A program made the position numbers and the translations under genes. Below, in pieces: positions 59,523 through 64,000 of a stretch of DNA of 64,000 nt (the stretch's first letter is position 1; the number at the start of each line of letters is the position of its first letter). The notes beneath the pieces were generated by a model that searched no databases, was not told the DNA's origin, and saw only the letters and a list, made by a program, of their open reading frames with translations. The stretch covers positions 5,518,001 through 5,582,000 of the forward strand of contig CATNEN010000011.1 of NCBI GenBank assembly GCA_950097015.1. The letters are read 5' to 3'. The stretch comes from Macrostomum hystrix (lineage: Eukaryota; Animalia; Platyhelminthes).

Positions 59523-61893
59523 TGATGTGGGTTGCTGTGAATAAGCGGTAGAGTCGGTTGTCTACCCGCTTAGCTACCCGCGGGACTACCACTGGGAGAG
59601 GGGGGAGAAGAAGGGGGAGAGGATGGAGGAGTCCAGTGGAGGTTTGGAGTGGTCCTATTGGCCTCAGGCTGGCCAGTCCCACTCGTCCCATAGGCCACAG
59701 GCATGACCGCCGTGCCTACCCCAAGCTAAGCTCGAAACCGGAGAAAAGTCTAAGGGAATAAGGGAGCGTTCGGATTGCCCGGAATCGGGAACGACAAGGG
59801 CCTCAACAGCCTACTGTCGTCAGTAGTGTGGTGCGCAACTGACTCCTAGCTTTGGTAGCGGTGGTCGAATCGGTCTAGGCCCTTGTCACAGAACTGAGGA
59901 AATTCTATCGGCAAAGCGGATAGATGATCTAGGGTAGCGCCACCACCCAGTGCGCCTACGTTGCCACCGCAGAAATTTGGGAACCTGGGTCCCCGGAGTA
60001 CGCAGCTCCTAGTTTATAGCACAGATCTGAACAAGCCGAAAATCGGGCATTGCTGCAACTTCCGTTTTAGACTGGGGTGAGAGCCCCAGAATGGATCGAG
60101 ACACGCCTCACAAGGGGATTCCTGCATTTGCGCTACAGGGGTCTAGAAAGGTGGTACTAAGAACTCGAACGAGAATCCGTTGCCAGAATCCTAATTAACA
60201 CATGAGACACATTCCATACATAAGACTGCAGCCTAAGGTAACTAACGAATCCGAATCTGTGTGAGCTGAGGAGATCAGAGGTTGGAGAGATTAAGCAGAA
60301 CAACTGGCTGAGTGATTATGCAAGCGGAAGATTATTAGATCATCACTCTCGCTCCCGTGGCCGCAGTTGCGAAAGAGGGACAGAGGGGAAACTCCATTGG
60401 AAAGGGAGTTTGACACGTACACTTGAGCCCACCCAGGAGAGAGAAGGAAAGCCGGCCAAGGATTCCCCTAACCCCCTATGAAGAAATGCACATGCTACGC
60501 TCCGCATCTGCTCGCGAATCCCTAGCTCCTTATTAACTCTCGCACCCGCTTACAGTTGTCTTCCTGCCGCAGCCTTCAGCTCGGCATCGCCAGAGCCCAC
60601 CCCCTAGCGAATTAGCCGCTCATAACTGAGGGCAGTCTAGTTACTTAGCTGAATGCCGGTCGCGGTGCTGCAGGCCTGTAGCTCTCGTGGGAGGGGGCAG
60701 GGCAAGATAAGGGGAGAAGGAGAGGTAGAGGAGGTTGGTTGCGAGTTGGCAAGGGGCCAAAACACGAGTTGAGCTCAGGGCTCGATTTAGAAGCTCACCT
60801 AAAGAGGTGGCTTGCACGTTTGGAAGTGTCTAAACAGGCAATGGGCCTGCAGTTGCTATTTGAGCTTATAGCTCTAGGGTCTCCGGAGAGTAACTTACCT
60901 CCGGAGAGTAAGTGGAAAGGGTCTTGCCTTGCCGGGCCCGGAAAGTGTAAGGTCCAAGGGTAAGAGGTGAGGTCCGTGAGGACTTAGGTCTCCGAAGGGT
61001 GCCACTCGGGAGCAGCGCAGCGCGCTTGCTTAAATAGGCCTGCGACTCCGCCAACCTCGACATTCATCAAACTGACCCGCATTTCCGCAGGCCTGTCAGC
61101 GAGGAATCGAAGCGGCGTTGCGCCACCCCGAGTCCCCACTGAACCAGCGGCGGGAAACGATAGATGCCCTCTGAGAGCAACTGCCGGCTGTCTGATACTC
61201 AATAGGGCTCACTGGGAAGGGTCAATCCCCGACTCGCTTGGCGGAGTCATCGTTTCCCGGCTGCATTGCCGGGGGCTCCCCTTGCTCGGTTAGAAGGCCG
61301 TAGGGACATTGCCCGGTCCTTTGTTAAGACAGGCCCAACCAAGGCTCGCTTTACACTAAGAGAGCCGTGCCGACCAGATTCTAGCCCGTCCTTAGGGTCG
61401 AACAATGCACAGCTTCGGGGCGCGAGCACGGGTGTCGTTAGACTCATTCCGGATCCCAGCCCCCTAACAGGTCCTCACCTAAGTCAGACTTGGTCAAAGT
61501 TATGCGGCACTTTCGGATTCAGGTACTTGAAAGCAGGCCTCCCGCGACACCAATAGTCAACGTTTATACTAGAGACCCACGTGGCATCCTACGGCAAGCA
61601 CATAAACCCGAAGACACTCTAACATGAAATCCACTCGCACAGCCTACTCATAGTAGTTCAAGGTGACTAATCAGAATTTTGGAACTAACAAAAAGCCTGA
61701 ATGAAATTGAAAATTAAAATGCGACTATTTCGAGAATTCGAATGACAGTCGACGGAATTGAAATTCAGCAAATCTAGAGATAAGATAAGTCGGCATACGG
61801 GAAATGAAATCTAGAAGGAGCCCTTTCGGCTAGCTACCACAGAAATATGCGGCGCTGTACTAAAACTGAAATGTTTGAGTTCACTCCGCATGA
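59523..61893 (+). mobile_element. Solo LTR (~2.37 kb), copy 2, diverged subfamily
   Basis: Starts TGATGTGG, ends CACTCCGCATGA (compare CACTCCACATCA in copy 1); CAGC on both sides; collinear blocks with copy 1 over about 1.7 kb. Confidence 0.7.
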
Positions 61894-62058
61894 CAGCATA
61901 ATAATTTCCCATAGCATCTGCATTAAATTTGTAATCGGATGAAAAAATTAATCAAGGAGGGATAAAATTGTTTCTGTTATTAGGATAATAAAACTTTCAA
62001 TGCGAGTTCCTTTTAATGTTTACCTGTTCTCATTACATAAAGCTCGGTTACTTCAACT

Positions 62059-64000
62059 TGATGTGGAGTGTGCTGCTGGAATCGAGTGGGAATGTGAGCC
62101 AGCATAATTTTTCAAATTTTTAAGTGCCTAATAATTGCGACCCACATAGCAGCTGGCCGCAAACACGATCATTAATCTTAGGGCCGGGTTTTGGGCGGCG
62201 GTGAATTAAGTAGCCGTCGAATCCCTTCTCCCTGGATCTGTCTAGACCCCTGTAGGAATGACTGATCGCGGCCATAGCTTTTATTGTATGAGTAGTTTAG
62301 CTCATAATTCCCCTCCAAACCGCGATCAGATATAGGGGATCACTCGGGCGTTATGAGTGATCATTAATTCTTCATGTCCCCACTTCTTTACAGTATTCGA
62401 GCCTAGCTCGACTTTATGACCTCCCTCCTTTAGATACATGTAAATGTCACTGTAGGCAGGTCGGCGCCTGCGCTTCCCATTGTCCTGGCGGAGTAACAAT
62501 CATTGGCCGACTGCCGACGGCTGTTCGAGCAGAACATCTGTCGTTTCTCGCCGCCGGTTCGTTGGGCAATTGGGGCGGCAATCGCCGCTTCAATTCCTCG
62601 ATGACAGGCTGGCGCGAATGTGGGTTGCTTTGATGGATGTCGGGGTTGGCGTGCTGCAGGACTATTTAAGAAAGCGCGCTGCGCTGCTCCCTCTAGGACC
62701 TTTTTCTCCCGCCGGCTCTTCCCCTTCTCCCCTGCCGGACTTACTTTTGCCGGGCCGGACTCCCACCGGACCCAGAGCACCTTTCCGGACCCACGTAGGG
62801 CATAGACCCCTGAGCCTTGAGCTCCGAGCAGATAGTGCAGGCCAATTGCCTGCTTCCATCCCCTAAGCGCAAGCCACCTCTTTAGGTGAGCTCCAAATTG
62901 AGCCTCTGAGCTCCCAGTGTGTTGGCCCCTGCCAACTCGCAGAAGTTTCCTCCCTCTGCCTTACTGTCTTGCCCATCCTTTCTCCCCGAGAACAACGGGA
63001 CTGCAGCACGCGGCCAAACGAGATCCAGCTAAGTAATCCGCGCAGCGGTTTATTATTGTTAATCCTAAGGGACATTTTACTTTTAGTTAGGCGGCATTTA
63101 GTGGGAGGGGAGTTAGGGAAGTTTTCAGCCTAATAAAACCACTTAATCTAAAGCACCTTTAACTTATTGGGCTAATTTTTAACATCAACCTAATTTTTAC
63201 TATGTCTCCTTTTCACCTTTATTTTCTCATTAGACAGCCCTCTACCATGAGTGGCTAATCTATTAGGGGAATGGGTTCTGGCACAGCCGAGCTGAAAGCT
63301 GCGGCAGGAAGGCAATTGTAAGCGCGCATGAGAGTAATATGGAGCTAGGGATTTGTAAGTAAATGCGGAGGGTAGCATGTGCATTTCCTTTCCAGGGGGT
63401 TGGGGGAATCCTTGGCCGGTTTTCCTTCTCCCTCTTGGGTGGGTTCAAGGTACGTGTCGAGCTCCCTTTCCAATGGAGTTTTCCCGCTGTCCCCCTTTCG
63501 CACCTGCGGCCACGGGAACGAGAGTGATGTTCAATTAATCTCACGCTTGCATAATCACTCAGCCAGTGTTCAGCTTAACCTCTCCTGCCTCTGATTTCCT
63601 CAACTCACACAGACTCGGATTGCTAGTTATCTAATGTGTAGGCTGCAGTCTAATGTACCGAATGTGTCTGATGTTTCATGAGTAGGATTCTGGCTATGGG
63701 TTTCTTTTTCGGGTTCTGAGTACCACCTTTCTAGACCACTGTAGCGCAAATTCAGGAATCCCCTGGTGAGGCGTGTCTCGATCCATTCTGGGGTCTTCAC
63801 CCTAGTCTAAAACGGAAGTTACAGAAGGCTCTATTTTTTCGGCTTGTCGAAGATCTGCGTGACAAACTAGGAGCCGCGAGCTCCGGGGACCCAAGTTCCC
63901 AAATGTCTGCGGTGGCCACGTAGGCGCATTGGGTGGTGGCGCTACCCTAGATCATTTTCCGCTTTGCCGATAGCCTTTCCGCATTTCTAAGACAAGAGCC
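62059..64000 (-). mobile_element. LTR copy 3 (close to copy 1), cut by the window end
   Basis: Reverse complement matches ~5210-7155 closely and ends ...CCACATCA at 62059; AATAAA at 62280-62285 on the element strand. Confidence 0.85.

Overview
Eukaryotic (invertebrate-like) genomic DNA: GC-rich exons with GT-AG introns, many introns filled by minisatellites, and a dense load of transposable elements. The style is reminiscent of the flatworm Macrostomum, but that is inference only. Host genes: (1) a disrupted secreted PAN/apple-like plus ALK/LTK-type glycine-rich-domain gene (4.3-7.6 kb); (2) an 8-exon SLC1/EAAT-family transporter with altered substrate and cation sites (14.6-23.5 kb); (3) a single-pass membrane protein with a cytoplasmic QATQEQ repeat (41.3-42.6 kb, minus); (4) an 8-exon adhesion GPCR with GPS and 7TM (44.7-57.4 kb); plus unresolved exon fragments. 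Mobile elements: three copies of a ~2.3-kb TG..CA LTR (two with 4-bp TSDs), a 5'-truncated RTE-like LINE with a 26-bp TSD nested in a deleted Harbinger element, a mariner 5' half, a head-to-tail Helitron dimer carrying a hAT MITE, a DIRS/Ngaro-type tyrosine-recombinase retrotransposon, a TTAA MITE, a tRNA/CORE-like SINE and a LINE 3' fragment. Most long ORFs in the supplied track are read-throughs of tandem repeats. Most interesting: a frame-symmetric mucin exon of the adhesion GPCR bracketed by inverted minisatellite arrays, the rewired SLC1 binding site, the intron-specific minisatellite pattern, and the heteromeric Helitron dimer. Exon boundaries and alignments were read by eye.
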